A stretch of DNA of 64,000 nt, taken from assembly GCA_973895155.1 (NCBI GenBank), contig OZ316895.1, forward strand, positions 13,317,186-13,381,185, written 5' to 3'. A program made the translations under genes and the position numbers. Source of the DNA: Marsupella aquatica (Eukaryota; Plantae; Marchantiophyta). Below, piece after piece: positions 63,401-64,000 of the stretch. How positions within the stretch are numbered: the first letter of the stretch is position 1; each line of letters opens with the position of its first letter. The notes under the pieces were generated by a model. The model saw nothing but the letters and a program-made list of their open reading frames with translations. It did not search any database and had not been told where the DNA came from.

Positions 63401-64000
63401 TATTATACGTAATGTTCCAAATGCAACATATCTTTCGGATGTCCAGCTACATTTGTGGGGTCCTTCAATCCGATCTTTGCAGTTGGAGAACAACTTTAAC
63501 AATTCTGTAGTTATTATAAATGTGACCCTTATGCCGTTGTCCTGAGGCGCTACAGGAACGCTTATACCCACAAGGGATTCTCTCTTAAAAACCGGAAATA
63601 GAAGATGAAGAAATGTGCGTTGGTGAAGATAAATACGATTTTCCTAGTGTGCAAGTCCTCCCCTCCCAATCAGTCACTTGGTAGTCAATTGTTTCGGCTA
63701 GCCCTCAGGTGGATGACAATGCCTTAAGTGAAGAAAATTTATGGCAATGCCCTCCAGCAAAAGATACTCTACTCCACAGGTCGTGAGGAGGAAGTGCACT
63801 TCTCCTGTAGAAGTAAGTTTCCAATTGTTTCCTCCGTAAAGATGTAACTGTAGCTGCCACATAATATCCGAAAGCTAATCTATACGTCTGATAATTTAAA
63901 TTCTTTGCAACGTAGGAGTCAACCGGGATTACGAAGCTTAAATACCTTACTGGCTGCACCTGATTTCCGCTAGTCTTGACCTAACACAGCTAATCTTCAA
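48402..64000 (+). CDS. PIE1: SWR1-complex Snf2 ATPase PIE1 (HSA, split helicase, SANT-like domain), multi-exon; probably continues beyond the window
   Basis: [100 protein letters not shown], and WVSAEDAILCAVVHEYGGNWQLASDAL. Last clearly read exon ends near 62912. Confidence 0.95.
52237..52486 (+). repeat. 83-84-bp tandem triplication spanning a PIE1 3' splice site
   Basis: agaatgtgtcgattgtataat...ccttcatttgtag|gtaatg three times; AG ends at 52312, 52396 and 52480. Confidence 0.92.

Overview
Eukaryotic nuclear DNA from a land plant, probably a non-seed (bryophyte-like) species; this is inferred from gene content and GT-AG intron style, and the species cannot be named. There are three zones. 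(1) From 1 to about 16.6 kb, open at the left edge, is a large decaying DNA-transposon-like unit. It holds a spliced DDD/E transposase resembling Sola-type/DUF7869 proteins (plus strand, interrupted by a solo LTR) and a minus-strand cargo cassette. The cassette has three F-box-like paralogs and a multi-exon protein with a ParB/Srx-like motif, a degenerate beta-class amino-methyltransferase-like region and an acidic/ER-K tail. About 26 copies of an 18-bp palindrome (consensus near CACGCG-N6-CGCGTG) lie in this unit's introns, gene gaps and tandem arrays, and I saw none in the host part of the window. (2) From about 17 to 37 kb are the host gene PRT1 and TE debris (MITE, solo LTR, satellite). 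(3) From 37.8 to 64 kb are a stop-containing MOCS2B/CNX6 copy, an L18-family pseudogene, PTST1 and PIE1, the last running off the right edge. All family calls come from motif recognition by eye, not database searches.
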